Origin: Malacoraja senta
Lineage: Eukaryota
NCBI GenBank assembly: GCA_038087875.1
Contig: CM075997.1
Coordinates: 930,001-992,000 of the forward strand
DNA length: 62,000 bases
Direction: 5' to 3'
Made by a program: the position numbers and the translations under genes. Numbering within the stretch: the first letter of the stretch is position 1; every line of letters starts with the position of its first letter. This document shows, piece after piece, positions 26,635 through 39,429 of this stretch. The notes under the pieces were generated by a model. The model was not told the origin of the DNA. It did not search any database and saw nothing but the letters and a program-made list of their open reading frames with translations.

Positions 26635-27335
26635 AATTCTTCAACCGCTTCTTATTTCACTAACTGCCAGAATCGGACAGATTCTAATAACTAGATATAT
26701 TTAGTGTGTCTACAAAATGTTCACCTGCAATTTGAAGCAAAAAACAAATGGGGATTTCAGTCTTCAGATTGACTACATTAATAATTTACTATAGAAACCA
26801 TACGAGAGGACAACAATTACTGTAAATTTGTTAAAAATTCTAAGAACGCAGACACTTCAAAGGCAGTGCAGCCCCACCTTAAATAATGCACCAACTTTGA
26901 AAGAAGTCGAACTTTGTAACAGTTTATAATGTATAAGTGGATAATGTTGCTGCCAAACCCACAGGTACAGGGCAAAGTACTGCATCTTCGAAAACTCACC
27001 TCAAAATAAAATTTTACAACGATACCATTTAAAAAAATGTGCCCTTTGAAATTGGGAAAACATGAAACTATTTGTACTTAAACTGGGTGGTTTTAGGAAG
27101 AAGTCAAAATGAGAAGCTGGTTCCTTCCCTGTGAGGGGACAATGTACAAAGGACGGATTGGATTATACTGAAGGTGGATTAAAATCAGATTATCACTGTA
27201 GCAGCCTTTTAGAATGCTGTCCACTTAATTTAATAAATTATATTGAATTGTTGCAGATTATATATTTTTTCTTTAAAATATGATGTATTTTTTTTAATCA
27301 CATGATGTCCACTGCTCTTTTGATATTTAAACCCG

Positions 27336-28100
27336 ACTTAATTCCTGGGATGTCAGGACTTTCATATGAAGAAAGACTGGACAGAAGTTTAGGGGGAACA
27401 TTAGGGGGAACTTCTTTACTCAGAGAGTGGTAGCTGTGTGTAATGAGCTTCCAGTGGAAGTGGTGGAGGCAGGTTCGATGTTATCCTTTAAAAATAGATT
27501 GGATGGGTATATGGACGGGAAAGGAATGGAGGGTTATGGTCTGAGTGCAGGTAGATGGGACTAGGGGGAAGTATTTATTTTTAATTTTTAAAAAAAATGT
27601 TCGGCACGGACTTGAAGGGCCGAGATGGCCTGTTTCCGTGCTGTTATGGTTATATGGTTATATATGGTTATATGGCTTGTACTCGCTAGAATATAGAAGA
27701 TTGAGGGGGGGATCTTATAGAAACTTACAACATTCTTAAGGGGTTGGACAGGCTAGATGCAGGAAAATTGTTCCCGATGTTGGGGAAGTCCAGGACAAGG
27801 GGTCACAGTTTAAGGATAAAGGGGAAATCTTTTAGGACCGAGATGAGAAAAACATTTTTCACACAGAGAGTGGTGAATCTCTGGAATTCTCTGCCACAGA
27901 AGGTAGTTGAGGCCAGTTCATTGGCTATATTTAAGAGGGAGTTAGATGTGGCCCTTGTGGCTAAAGGGATCAGGGGGTATGGAGAGAAGGCAGGTACAGG
28001 ATACCGAGTTGGATGATCAGCCATGATCAAATTGAATGGTGGTGCAGGCTCGAAGGGCCGAATGGCCTACTCCTGCATCTATTTTCTGTGTTTCTATGTT
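27336..28100 (+). mobile_element. CR1 3' end with a second CR1 subfamily fragment nested at ~27388-27672
   Basis: The outer copy matches 26150-26620; the inner copy ends in (TTATATGG)n. Confidence 0.85.
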
Positions 28101-30600
28101 TAAAAGACCTGGGTAAGAAGCCATCCTGCAAAGGCGGTCCCAACACGTAATGCTTTGTGAAGGAGGTGAATGTGTCACAGGCTTCAGTGTAGAACTCGTG
28201 TAGGTTGTTTGTGGCGGCAGTGTTGTAATATGGACTCTCGATGAGCTATTAGGTGGGAGCAGCACGAGTCACCGGACATGGGGTTTTCTGTCGTGTGATT
28301 AATCAAAAGACAGGTTGCAAAAAACCAACAACAAAAAATGCTGTGGGAACGCAGCAGGTTAGACAGCACCCGTGCAGGGAATGGACAAATGACACTGCAG
28401 TTCGAGACCCTTCTTCAGACATATTCTGCATCCTCTCCAAACAGAAACTCCTTTGTGTTTTGTTCAAGATCTCAGCATCTGCAGTTTCTTATGGATCCAA
28501 ACGGCCAGATATTCCACAGGGCAATGCTCTTTCAACTTAGAAAATGTTAATAAATGCAAATGTACCACAAAAAGCAATGCCTTGCTAAATTACCTGGGAA
28601 CATCATCGATTCTGTCACATCACTGATCAAATGTCAGCTTAGATCAGTTGGAGGAATTCTCTGCCTCTGGAGGCAGGTTCTCTGGATGCTTTCAAGAGAG
28701 AGCTAGATAGGGCTCTTAAAAATAGCGGAGTCAGGGTTTATGGGGAGAAGGCAGGAACGGGGTACTGATTGGGGATGATCAGCCATGATCACATTGAATG
28801 GCAATGCTGGTTCGAAGGGCCAAATGGCCTACTCCTGCACCTATTGTCTATTGAATTTTGTCTCTATGCAAGAGAACTGGAGTACACAGTCAAACCTGGC
28901 AGTCTAAAGTATTGCCAAACAAAGTGAAATGCTGTTAGATATTGGAGGAGGCCATTCAGCCCATCAAGTCAATGGAGCAATTTCATTAATCTCCACCCTT
29001 CATTTTCCCTCATGTTCCCAACAAACTCCACCCAATACTCCTACCACCCACTACACTAAATGACAGTAATTAATTAATTTACCAACCAGATATCCTCATT
29101 ACAAATGAAATGCAATATTGTGACTGTCTCTATCTTAGTAAAAGCTCCAGGGTGTAATTCAAAGAAGAACAAGAAATGCTGGTGATACCAAGCTCAACCA
29201 TCTTCTCTCAACCAAGACCAACAAAACCACAGCAACAAGGTGACTTCCGTCTTGTGGGATTTTGCTTTGCTACGGCTGCAGCTTTTTGCCTGGACGATAA
29301 TTCTATCCCCACTTCAAAGGAATATATTCCATGCAAACTATTACGCTATATTTTGGAGATTTGCTATGTGCGTATTGTGGAAGTCTTTTTACCAAACCTG
29401 TTTGTTTAAGCCTCTAGGGCACAGGGCAGCAAACAGCATCACCTGTGTACGTCACTTCCCATGTTCCCAGAGGCACCTGCCTCCTCGGCCTTGGTGTATT
29501 GTTCCCTTATGAGGAAGTATTCTGTTTTTGCTTCGTATTAAAACAGTCCAGCTCAGGTCAAAAGTCCTGTGCCCTGTCACACAATGTTGTGTGCCCTCTT
29601 AATACAGCACTGTATGCATGCCACAAATTAAGCACATTCGGCTTTTAGCAACAATGTCAAACTACTTGCTTAGACCATTTTAAATGCCAGCTTTAAAATG
29701 CTGTAGGTTTAAGATAAATAAAGCTTTCTGTTTTCCCCATACAATAACATGTAAAATAGTGTAAAACTCACTTACATCTCACTTTTATTACACAACTCTC
29801 CACAATAGAAACTTAAGCTTTATAGCTCTTGGCATTTTTGCATTACACAATAAGAGAGTTGCTTAACCAAGCAACTTGACATAACATAGAAGCAAGGTCT
29901 GAAGAAGGGTCTTCACCTAAAACGTCACCTATTTCCTTTGCTCTATAGATGCTGCCTCGCCCGCTGAGTTTCTCCAGCGTTTTTGTCTACCTCTGACGTA
30001 ACATAGAGATAGGTTTGCATCAATTTGACTACCTGAAGAAAGATGCACTCATTTTAAACAATGTTCTGAAAATATGTTTCCTATATACAACTGTGACTGA
30101 ACTTTTTTAGAAAACTTAACCGGTTTACAAAACTCTTTGGAGGATCTTGAGTTTGTGACAAGTATACAATGCAAACTCTTTCTTTGAGTTTCTGCAGATG
30201 TCTCACTGCAATTTGATGTGTTTCAGATGAACATCTTCAGCAAATTAATTTTAGTTGTCCTCACAATACCTTACTATGGGAAACGATTTAACGATGGGAA
30301 AGAAAGTGAACGCGTGGTGAAGGATGAAGAATTCATAAGATACAACAAACAGCTTTAATTAAAACCATAACCATTAAAAGAAAAGCAGAACCTGACGAAC
30401 CAAAAGCAGAAATGTAAAACCATTCATTCAGTGCATTTGTTATCCCTACCATTAATCTCAAGCATTTATTAAATAAATCTTTAGCTATTTTCCGTTCAAT
30501 CGTAAAATGCTTTAAGCATCTTTACCCATTCCTTCTATACAGAGATGCTGCCTGTCCCGCTAAGTTACTGTCTACATCCAAATGAATGATATGTACTACA

Positions 30601-30770
30601 CAAAATGTAGACACAAAATGCTGGAGTAACTCAGCAGGACGTTTCGGGTCGAGACCCTTCTTCAAACATCACCCATTCCTTCTCTCCAGAGATGCTGCCT
30701 GTCCCGCTGAGTTATTCCAGCATTTTGTGTCTACCTTCTATTTAAACCAGCATCTACAGTTCTTTCCTAC
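30601..30770. mobile_element. Penelope-like inverted insertion
   Basis: Flanked by the direct repeat ATATGTACTACA. Confidence 0.75.
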
Positions 30771-31479
30771 ATATGTACTACAGGGGTCTAGACAAACAAA
30801 TATATTACCAGCCTTCCATATGTTCCATTTCCCTTTCATCACACCAACATTGATTCCACAGGATATGAATGGGTCAGGGTAAACACAAAGTAAATGTAAG
30901 AGATATCCATCCTGATGTTTTAGCATTCGACACAAACACTGGCACTATATTTGACATCTTATATGCATGTTGCTCACCTCCCGAGCAAAATATTATTTCC
31001 CACACAATTACCCCATTTTGGTTCCGTATTCCTGTTTGCAATTTAGGCAGTCGAAAAAGATTGGACAAAAAACACAAAAAGCAATATGGAAAAAAAGTGT
31101 TTGAATAAATCATGATCTCTTTTCATATATATATTCAAAATGTTTATGCAGCAAAGTTTAGAATCATTTACATTCGAAAGCTCAGAAATTTGAAAACGAC
31201 AAATGCACGCGTGAAACTAAATCGAACATACGTGCTGGAGTAATTTTACTGGGAGTTACAAGACATGGATAAAAGTTGAAATGAATCAAAAGAGTTTTTC
31301 ACCTAGAGTTGGGTTGATTTGTTATTTTGCACATGTTGTTGTTGTTATTATTGCTCCGAGAAGTCTGCTTGCTGTGTGTTGGATTGAGGAGCGTTTGGTG
31401 GGAGCTGCTTGCAAGCACTTTGTACCTTCCCCCTGTCACAGCTCCAGCTCCAGCCATCAGACAACCCTCAGCCCCCGGG

Positions 31480-32414
31480 AGGGGCCTACCCGACCCACAC
31501 TCACCTCGCAAACCGCTTCCATCGAAATCACGCACCGCAAAAGTCGACGGACGAAACTTTTGATTTCTGTTCGCCGGCGTTCTCCGATGGCGCTCTCTCT
31601 CTCTCTCTCTCGCTCTCTCTCCCTTTTACCACAGAGCGCCTCCTCGCAATGTCACTCCGTCGCTACCAACTGCCTTTGCCTCGACCTGCCATGACGAGCG
31701 CTGTCGGCCCCGGAGCCGGCCCCACGCCCGCGCTCAGCACCCTGGGAGATGCAGTCCCGCTCCCGCACCCCGCCCCCCCTCGATGCATTGTCAGCGAAGT
31801 GGACGTAAACTACAATACCCGCCAGGGGTCGTCGGAACGAGGGCCAGCGGCAAGGACTCTCAAAATGGCGTACCATCCGTCACCCCGATGCACGCCGGGA
31901 GTTGTGGTCCCCATCTGCGAACGGCCAATACAAAAGCTGACGAGAGGAACTACAGCTCCCAGTGTGCACAGCGCGGCAACGCATGCGCGCTCACCGTTTT
32001 GAGGGAAGAGCTGGGGCTTTAACCGTCCCTCAGGAGTACAGGTTTCTCAAGTTTTGAAGTGGAAATTCCACCGCAAAACACAATCAACGTCGACTGGTCG
32101 ACAAGTGCGCTTATCTCACCTCATGACAGACACACAACTGCCGGATTAATGCCGTCCCCGCGCCGCCTGCCCGAGGCTGTGAGGTAGGTCCCGTTTCTTT
32201 TTAAATTTTGAGATGAGGGACGGAGCCGCGAGGCTGCGCGCGCAGGCCGCACGCACGCACGCACGCCCCCCTTCGGTCTGCGCGGTGACGTCACGCGGCG
32301 TCCGATGACGACCCGCCCACGCCGCGGTTGCTAACAATAAACCGGTTGCTCGGCAACCAACCCCGGGGAAGCGCGAGGCCGCCCGCGCTGCAAAGTATCT
32401 GGTGGGAGGCGCTG
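31480..32414. promoter_or_regulatory. CpG-island promoter, probably bidirectional
   Basis: CpG-dense. ACTACA motifs at 31809, 31897 (reverse) and 31949-31967 (ACTACAGCTCCCAGTGTGC); YY1-like CAAAATGGCG at 31861; CCAAT ~31925; NRF1-like CGCATGCGC at 31980; CRE TGACGTCA at 32286-32293; RFX X-box GTTGCTCGGCAAC at 32345-32357. Confidence 0.75.
31505..31760 (-). other. Probable first exon of an unidentified divergent gene (5' boundary approximate)
   Basis: Minus-strand donor CGAG|GTGAGT (intron starts 31504) at the island edge. (GA)n tract in the leader. Optional short ATG frame MEAVCE (31522-31505). Confidence 0.5.
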
Positions 32415-32925
32415 GGGGAATCCCCGTCTGTGTGGTCACTGTGTGTACAGGGGGAAATCCCCGTCTGTGTGGTCACTGTGTGTACAGGGGGAATCCCCGC
32501 CTGTGTGTACACTGTGTCTGTGGGTCACTGTGTGTACAGGGGGAATCCCCGTCTGTGTGGACACTGTGTGTACAGGGGGAATTCCCTTCTGTGTGGACAC
32601 TGTGCCTGTGGGTCACTGTGTGTACAGGGGGAATCCCCGTCTGTGTGTACACTGTGTCTGTGGGTCACTGTGTGTACAGGGGGAATCCCCGTCTGTGTGG
32701 ACACTGTGCCTGTGGGTCACTGTGTGTACAGGGGGAATCCCCGTCTGTGTGTACACTGTGTCTGTGGGTCACTGTGTGTACAGGGGGAATCCCCGTCTGT
32801 GTGTACACTGTGTCTGTGGGTCACTGTGTGTACAGGAGGAATCCCCGACTGTGTGCCGCTGTATACAGGGGGAATCACCGGCTGTGTGTGCCAGTGTACA
32901 CAGGGGTAATCCCCGGCTGTGTGTA
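32415..32925. repeat. Homogeneous minisatellite, 52-bp and ~34-36-bp units
   Basis: Unit GGGGGAATCCCCGTCTGTGTGTACACTGTGTCTGTGGGTCACTGTGTGTACA; about 12 cores. Confidence 0.95.
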
Positions 32926-33197
32926 CCATTCTTTTTGTGTGCCAGTCAAGACCTTCAAGACCAAGTTGGAAACAATCGATATTAAGACGCTGGTAGTGGT
33001 GAACAAAAAAGCTGGGGAAACTCAGCTTGAGGCAGCATCTATGGAACGAAGGAAAAGGCGACGTTTCGGGTCGAGACCCCTCAGATATTAAGACGCTGAT
33101 TTCTATGGGCCACTAATATTTAATTACGACTTTGCGCATGACCCTCCTAACGTATGCGACAAGCAGTAATGGTGATTATACATCAAGATACAGATAC

Positions 33198-34295
33198 AGT
33201 GTATACAGGGGCAATCCCCGACTGTGTGTCACTGTATACAGGGGGAATCCCCGACTGTGTGCCACTGTATACAGAGGGAATCTTGCCAGTGTCTCATTGT
33301 TTACACTGGGGGAATTCCCGACTGTCCCACTGTATACAGGGGGCATCCTGCCAGTGTCTCATTGTTTACATTGGGGTAATCTCCGTCTTTGTGTGTCACT
33401 CTATACAGGGGGAATCTTGTCAGTGTGTCATTGTTTACACTAGGGGAATCTCCGTCTGTGTGCCACCGTATATGAGGGGGGGGGGGATCCTGCATGTGTC
33501 TCAGTGTTTACACTGGGGGAACACCATCTGCATTTGGGCCAGTGTATACAAGGGGATTCCCCGACTGTGTGCCACTGTATACAGGGGAAATCTTGCCCAT
33601 GTCTCATTGTTTACACTGGAGGGAACACTGTGTGCGCCAGTGTGTACACTGGGGGGAATCTATCGTTATGTCAGTATTTATACTGGGGAAATCCCCACCT
33701 GTGAGCCAGTGTTTACACTGGGGGAATCCCTGTGTGTGCACCTGGGTTTACAATGTGGGAAGGCCTGCCTTTGTGCCAGTGTTATTTTCGGGAAATCCCT
33801 GTGTGTGTGTGTGTGCTTGGATTTAGAAGAAGAATCCCTGCAATGGTGCTAGTGTTTACAGATGGAAAATCCCTGCCGTCTTCTGTGCCAGTGTTTACAG
33901 TGAGTAAATCCCTGCATCTGTGCCAGTGTTTACAGTGAAGGAATCCCTATGTGTGTGCTAGTGTTTAGAGTAGGGGAATCCCTTCATGTATGTGCACTGG
34001 GGCAATCCATGTGTGTGTCAGTGTTTTCACTGGGGAAGCCCTGTGTATGCCACTGTTTATACTGGGGGGATCCCTGTGTATGCCAGTGTTTACATGAGGG
34101 GATTCCCTGTGTGTGCCAGTGTTTACATGGAGGGGATTCCCTGTGTATGCCAGTGTTTACATGGGGGGGGGGATTCCCTGTGTGTGCCAGTGTTTACACT
34201 AGGAGAATCCCTGTGTGCCAGTGCTTACCCTGGGGGAATCCATGTGAGTATGACAGCTTTTACAATGGGAATCTCTGAGAGTGTGGCACTGTTTA
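33198..34295. repeat. Diverged continuation of the same minisatellite (~30-34-bp units)
   Basis: Recurrent CTGTGTGTGCCAGTGTTTACACTGGGGGAATCC. Confidence 0.9.
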
Positions 34296-34608
34296 TTGCA
34301 TCAGATCACTGCATTTTCAGAGGTCATTAGGTCATATGTGCTAGGAGAAGAATTAGGCCATTCGGCCCATCAAGTCTACTCCGCCATTCAAGCATGGTTG
34401 ATCTATCTCTCCCTCCTAACCCCATTCTCCTGCCTTCTCCCCATAACTCCTGACACCCGTACTAATCAAGAATCTATCGCTGCCTTAAAAATATCCAAAT
34501 TGACAGCCTCACAGCCTTCTGTGGCAAAGAATTCCACAGAGACAAGGTGTCTCTGGAAACCTATGATTAATTTGAGGGGTCACCGCAGTCTGGGTAGCAC
34601 ACTTCAGT

Positions 34609-34636
34609 CTGAAGAAGGGTCTCGACCCGAAACGTC
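34609..34636 (+). ncRNA. Minimal hammerhead motif in a Penelope 3' fragment (representative; similar cores at 7444, 20674, 49781)
   Basis: CTGAAGA-A-GGGTCTCGACCC-GAA-ACGT-C: CUGANGA and GAAA cores, hairpin II, palindromic ACGT in place of helix III, GUC triplet. Helix I is weak. Confidence 0.65.
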
Positions 34637-35965
34637 ACCCATTCCTTCTCTCCAGAGATGCTGCCTGTCCCGCTGAGTTACTCCAGCATTTTGTGTCCTT
34701 CTTCGATTTTAAACCGGCATGTGCAGTTCCTTCCTAACACACTTTGCAATCTAATTCTGTACTGTACACATGCACTGTACAATCAACCTGTCGAAACCCC
34801 GAGCTCCTGGTGTCGCGTGGCATACTGCCCCCCAGTGTTCAACTTGCTAATTACCATCCATGTTCTTTACGAGATTATTGATCCATGAAATGGTCCAGAA
34901 ATGTCACATTCTCGACAGATCGATGGAGCAACAGAATTACCATCTCGGCAACAATTGATTGCTTTTCTTCCTAAACGCCTGTAAATGTGGCAACCCCCTG
35001 GGAGCACGTTAATAGGAGCTCATTTCAACTGCAGAACCATTTCTGCCTTTCAATTAGAGTGTGGCCAATTGTATCCCAACCTATTTGTTTTTATCCTTAA
35101 CCCTTAACATTCTTCCCAACATGAATCTGTTCATCTCCCTTTGAAAATTTTCATTCACCGTCCCCACTGCAATATCTGTGATCTTTTTCATCCCCAGGTA
35201 GATAGACAATAGACAATAGGTGCAGGAGTAGGCCATTCGGCCCTTTGAGCCAGCACCGCCATTCAATGTGATCATGGCTGATCATCCCCAATCAGTACCC
35301 CCGTTCCTGCCTTCTCCCCATATCCCCTGACTCAGCTATTGTTAAGAGCCCTATCTAGCTCAAGCTCTAGCTCAATAGAAGTGTTTAGGAAGGAACTGCA
35401 GATGCTGGTTTAATCTGAGGATAGACACAAATAGCTGGAGTAAAGAAATGTTCTCTGACATCACTCCCAAAGAGCCTGACCCACATTTTAAGGCCAGCTC
35501 CTGTCTCTGGTTTGGACTCTCATACAAAACCAACTGGTTTACGAATCTCCATCCTTTAATCATTGCTAGCCTCTGGTAGATAGTTCCAAATGCTTATGGG
35601 CATCACCGGGGCACAGCTGGTAAAGCTGCTGCCTCATAGGGCCAGACACCCAGGTTTGATCCTGACCTTGAGTGCTGTCTGTATGGAGGTTACATGTTCT
35701 CCCTGTACCTCATTGTACATGGGTACTCATGACAATGAACTAAACTAGGGCAGCACAGTGGCACCATGCTCTCGCCTCACTACCAATTTGGGCAGAAGGT
35801 GAAGGAGCCTGAGAACCGAGACCTCCAGGTTGAAGAGCAGCTTCGTCCCATTAATCATCAGGCTCTTAAACCACCCGGCACAACACTAACCACAACCCTC
35901 CCTCAGCACCGATCTTCCATGGACTTTGTTTGGTTGCACCGTGTACATCATTCAGTTTGCACTGT

Positions 35966-36019
35966 GGGGTGGGAGATTGCAACCTTCACGTGGTCCGCCC
36001 TGTTTCGACGAATGCAATC
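35966..36019 (+). ncRNA. Minimal HDV-like ribozyme
   Basis: P1 GGGGTGG/CCGCCCT; P2 GATTGCA/TGCAATC; P3 ACC/GGT; L3 TTCACGT; tiny P4 T-TTCG-A; catalytic-position C36009 followed by GAA. Confidence 0.85.
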
Positions 36020-36106
36020 AACCTGGCGTGCGCAATCAAATAAGATCAAATAGAACAGTTGTCTTACAACTTTAGGCTGTGCACGCCATACGCAAGAAGA
36101 AGAAGA
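35966..36106 (+). mobile_element. Short non-autonomous retroelement with 5' HDV-like ribozyme and (GAA)n tail
   Basis: TSD AGTTTGCACTGT (35954-35965) / AGTCTGCACTAT (36107-36118); ends CCATACGCAAGAAGAAGAAG; nested in a Rex1-like 3' fragment. Confidence 0.8.
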
Positions 36107-36234
36107 AGTCTGCACTATTACGGGCTAGTTCCTAAGTATTACTGATTATTAATTTATTGTATTATTAATCAAAGTATGATTATTTGTGTTATTGCTTTAA
36201 CAGACTCTGCAGCAAGTAAGAATTTCATTGTTCT

Positions 36235-36545
36235 TTAGATTAGTTTAATTTGGAGAAGCAACACGGAAACAGGCCCTTTGGCCCACCAAGACCACGCTGA
36301 CCGGTGATTAGCACTGTACATTAGCACTATCCTATACACTAGGGACAATTTACAATTTTTACCGAAGCCAATTAACCTACAAAAACCTCTACGTCTTTGG
36401 AATATGGGAGGAAACCGGTGCATCCAGAGAAAACCCACGAGGTCACGGGGAGGACAATCAAACTCCATACAGACAGCACCCGTAGTCAGGAATGAACCCA
36501 GGTCTCAAGCGTTGTAAGGCAGCAACTATCCCACTACACCATTCT
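36235..36545 (-). mobile_element. V-SINE (HE1-like)
   Basis: Same consensus. Confidence 0.8.
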
Positions 36546-36736
36546 GTTCCCATGCATATGAGAATTAAATAATCTTGTGATCACAGTGGAGTTATGTAAG
36601 GAACTTGTTCCTATTGGCGGACGTTTCGGTGACTGAGGGGCACAGATTCGAACTGGGGGGCAAAAGACACAAGGTGGAAGAGCACAGTGACATACTCACT
36701 ACCTCCAGGGGGAGCTGACAGACTCAATGGGACCCC

Positions 36737-36972
36737 ACAGAGAGTGGTGAATCTCTGGAACTCTCTGCCACAGAGGGTAGTTGAGGCCAGTTCATTGGCT
36801 ATATTTAAGAGGGAGTTAGATGTGGCCCTTGTGGCTAAGGGGATCAGGGGCTATGGAGAGAAGGCAGGTACGGGATATTGAGTTGGATGATCAGCCATGA
36901 TCATATTGAATGGCTCGAAGGGCCGAATGGCCTACTCCTGCACCTATTTTCTATGTTTCTATGTTTCTATGT
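36737..36972 (+). mobile_element. CR1 3' tail (similar tails at 28668-28853 +, 37270-37445 +, 16865-17025 -, 35203-35358 -, 41385-41680 -, 57110-57312 -)
   Basis: GATGATCAGCCATGATCATATTGAATGG...GGGCCGAATGGCCTACTCCTGCACCTAT. Confidence 0.85.
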
Positions 36973-37662
36973 TTCAAAGGAGAAGTGGATGGATGCAAGG
37001 GGAACTCATTTGCAGAGCCTGGGGAAAGAGTAAAGAACCGATGTCTCCTGTGCAGATTTGATGGGCCAAATGGCCTTCACTTGTTGCATAATGCTTGCTA
37101 TGTCGTGCTTAAATATCGCCCAGGAGCAAAGGAAGTTACAGAGAGTGGTGGACACTGACAGGCACTGACATCCGTACCATTAATGAGACCTACAGGAGGC
37201 GTTGCCTCAAAAAGGCAACCAATATCATCAAAGACCAACACAAAAAAAAGACACCATGTGCTGGAGTATGAGCTATATTTAAGAGGGAGTTAGATGTGGC
37301 CCTTGTGGCTAAAGGGATCAGGGGGTATGGAGAGAAGGCAGGTACAGGATACTGAGTTGGATGATCAGCCATGATCATATTGAATGGCGGTGCAGGCTCG
37401 AAGGGCCGAATGGCCTACTCCTGCACCTATTTTCTATGTTTCCATGAGGGGACATCTCAGAGATGCTGCTGGACCACTGAGTTACTCCAGCACTTTGTGT
37501 CTTTTTTTGTAACCCAACATCTACATTTCCCTGTGTCTACAAAGACCCACACCACCCTGGCCGCGCTCTCATTTCAATCCTACCATCAGGAAGAAGGTCT
37601 GAAAACTGTGCATGCCAGGATCAAGAACAGTTTTTTCCTAAACAATCATCAGGCTCTCTGGG

Positions 37663-38070
37663 GCTCTCTCTCTCTCTCAATCTATTTCTGTTTCTCTCTC
37701 TCTCTCTACCTCTTTCTCTCTCTGTCTTCCCCACTCTCTCTTTCTCTCGAATCTCTTCTATCTCCCCCATTCATATACACTGTCAATATTTGTGTCTGCC
37801 TTTTTCTACTCCTTTCAGCTCTCTAATTCTCTCTCCCTCTCTCATGCACATATTGTTTAATATTCTCTCTCTTTATCTCCATCTTCTTTCTTTCCCGGTA
37901 CATTTCTTCTGTTTCTCTCTTTCCCGCTTCTCCCCTCTATCGATCTATTTTTCTCTCTCATCCCTCTCTCAGGTCTCTCTATGTGTCTGTCTTTCTTTCT
38001 CTCCCCCATTCTCTATATCCCCTCCCTCTCTCTTTCTACTTCACCATGTGCACCTCTGCTTCTCTCTCCG
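37663..38070. repeat. CT-rich low-complexity tract
   Basis: Degenerate (CT)n. Confidence 0.85.
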
Positions 38071-38599
38071 TAGAACTAGTTGGTTCTTCAGTCTGCGGGA
38101 CGTTTGAGTCAGTCAAACTACTGACAAAATGAAGATTCTCGCCAAAAGCATTGATTGTAATCATGTATTATCTTTCTGCTGACTGGTTAGCACGCACACA
38201 ACTGGTTAGCACGCAACTGTACCTCGGTACACGTGACAATAAACTAAAGTGGAAACTGAAACTGAAAGCCCACCATCATCTACATTTTACAGCTGGATTT
38301 GGAATAATCATTTTTACGCATGCCCTACTCTCATCTCCGATTCTACCGACCCACACATTAATCTCCCGAACATTCTGCTGAGCAATCAGTTTTTTGCTTC
38401 ACTTTCCGAGGACCTGCCTCAGTTTACCCAGTTGGAGTTGAGCTCAGTAGCGAGCAAAACTAATTTGCAAATCTGATGATTCATGAATCCAATTTTGTCG
38501 TGCTCGGTAACATTCTCCCCCAGCAATCGCTCCTTCTGCATCCACATTATTCAAATTCCTGACAGTCCTTTGTTTTCCACACTTCTCCAGCCCATCGAT

Positions 38600-38892
38600 T
38601 TTCCTTCCCTGCTTTAATACTTCCGGATATATCTCCATTTTTTCTTTGCTTATTTCCTTTTCTTTCCTCTGCACTGCTTTGGTAGCTTCGGGGTCTTTTT
38701 CTTGTTCTTTTCTACTTTATCTCTCCATTCTTTCTTTTCTTCTTTCCTTGTTTTCCCTTTTTTCCCTTTTTTCTTAAAAAAAAAATGTAGGTTATGTTAA
38801 AACTGAAGCTGTACAATAATTGTATAATCGTGGTGCCGATCGTTTTATCCTTGTACAATTGCTTCTAATAAAAATGAATAAAAATAAATAAA
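38600..38892 (+). mobile_element. L1/Tx1-like 3' UTR remnant (related copy ~47200-47475)
   Basis: Pyrimidine-rich tract followed by the shared CTTGTACAATTGCTTCTAATAAAA and an A-rich tail. Confidence 0.5.
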
Positions 38893-39429
38893 TTCATTTT
38901 TTTTAAACTTCCGGAGGCAACTGCTTCTCTCCAACGTGGGATCTTTCTCCGCTTGCCGCCGTTTGTGGCTTGGAGTTTCATTCTGGTGACTTTGGGGGTG
39001 GGTGTAAAACCCAGCTTGCCGTACTGTTGGGGGAGGGAGGAGAAGGGGTGATGTGGTCTTTTAGAGGGAGCACAAAAGTCATGGACCTGCCTAATCTGAT
39101 TTCATAGAGGTGTATCAAATCATGAGAGGAACAGATCGGGTAGGCACACTGAGTCTCTTGCCCAGAGTAGGGGAATCGAGAAGTAGAGGGCGTAGGATTA
39201 AAGTGAAGGGGGGACAATTTTAGGCATTTTGGTGGGATTGAAGGCAATGGGGAGCTGGGACAGAGATTAAAACCTGAGGCAGAGCAGCCGTGATCATATT
39301 AAATGGTGGGTTAGGCTTGAGGGCCGAGTGGCCTACTTGTGCACTTGTTTTCTTATGATCTTATTGAGTCCAACCAGTCTGAGTGTTCTTCTCTGATGTT
39401 CCTGCCAACTTTCCTTGTATATCTTCAAT

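Noticed and set aside
31505..31920. Pecanex (PCNX) first exon expected opposite an MLK gene
   Set aside because: No MGSQxLQILRQGVW-like sequence seen on the minus strand.
31409..32002. 197-aa ORF in the CpG island
   Set aside because: GC-rich stop-poor sequence crossing a (CT)n tract; no recognisable domain.
32415..32925. CRISPR-like repeat spacing
   Set aside because: Spacers are themselves repeated, the context is eukaryotic, and there are no cas genes.
32328..34330. Long Cys/Val-rich ORFs in several frames
   Set aside because: Translations of the minisatellite; open in multiple frames.
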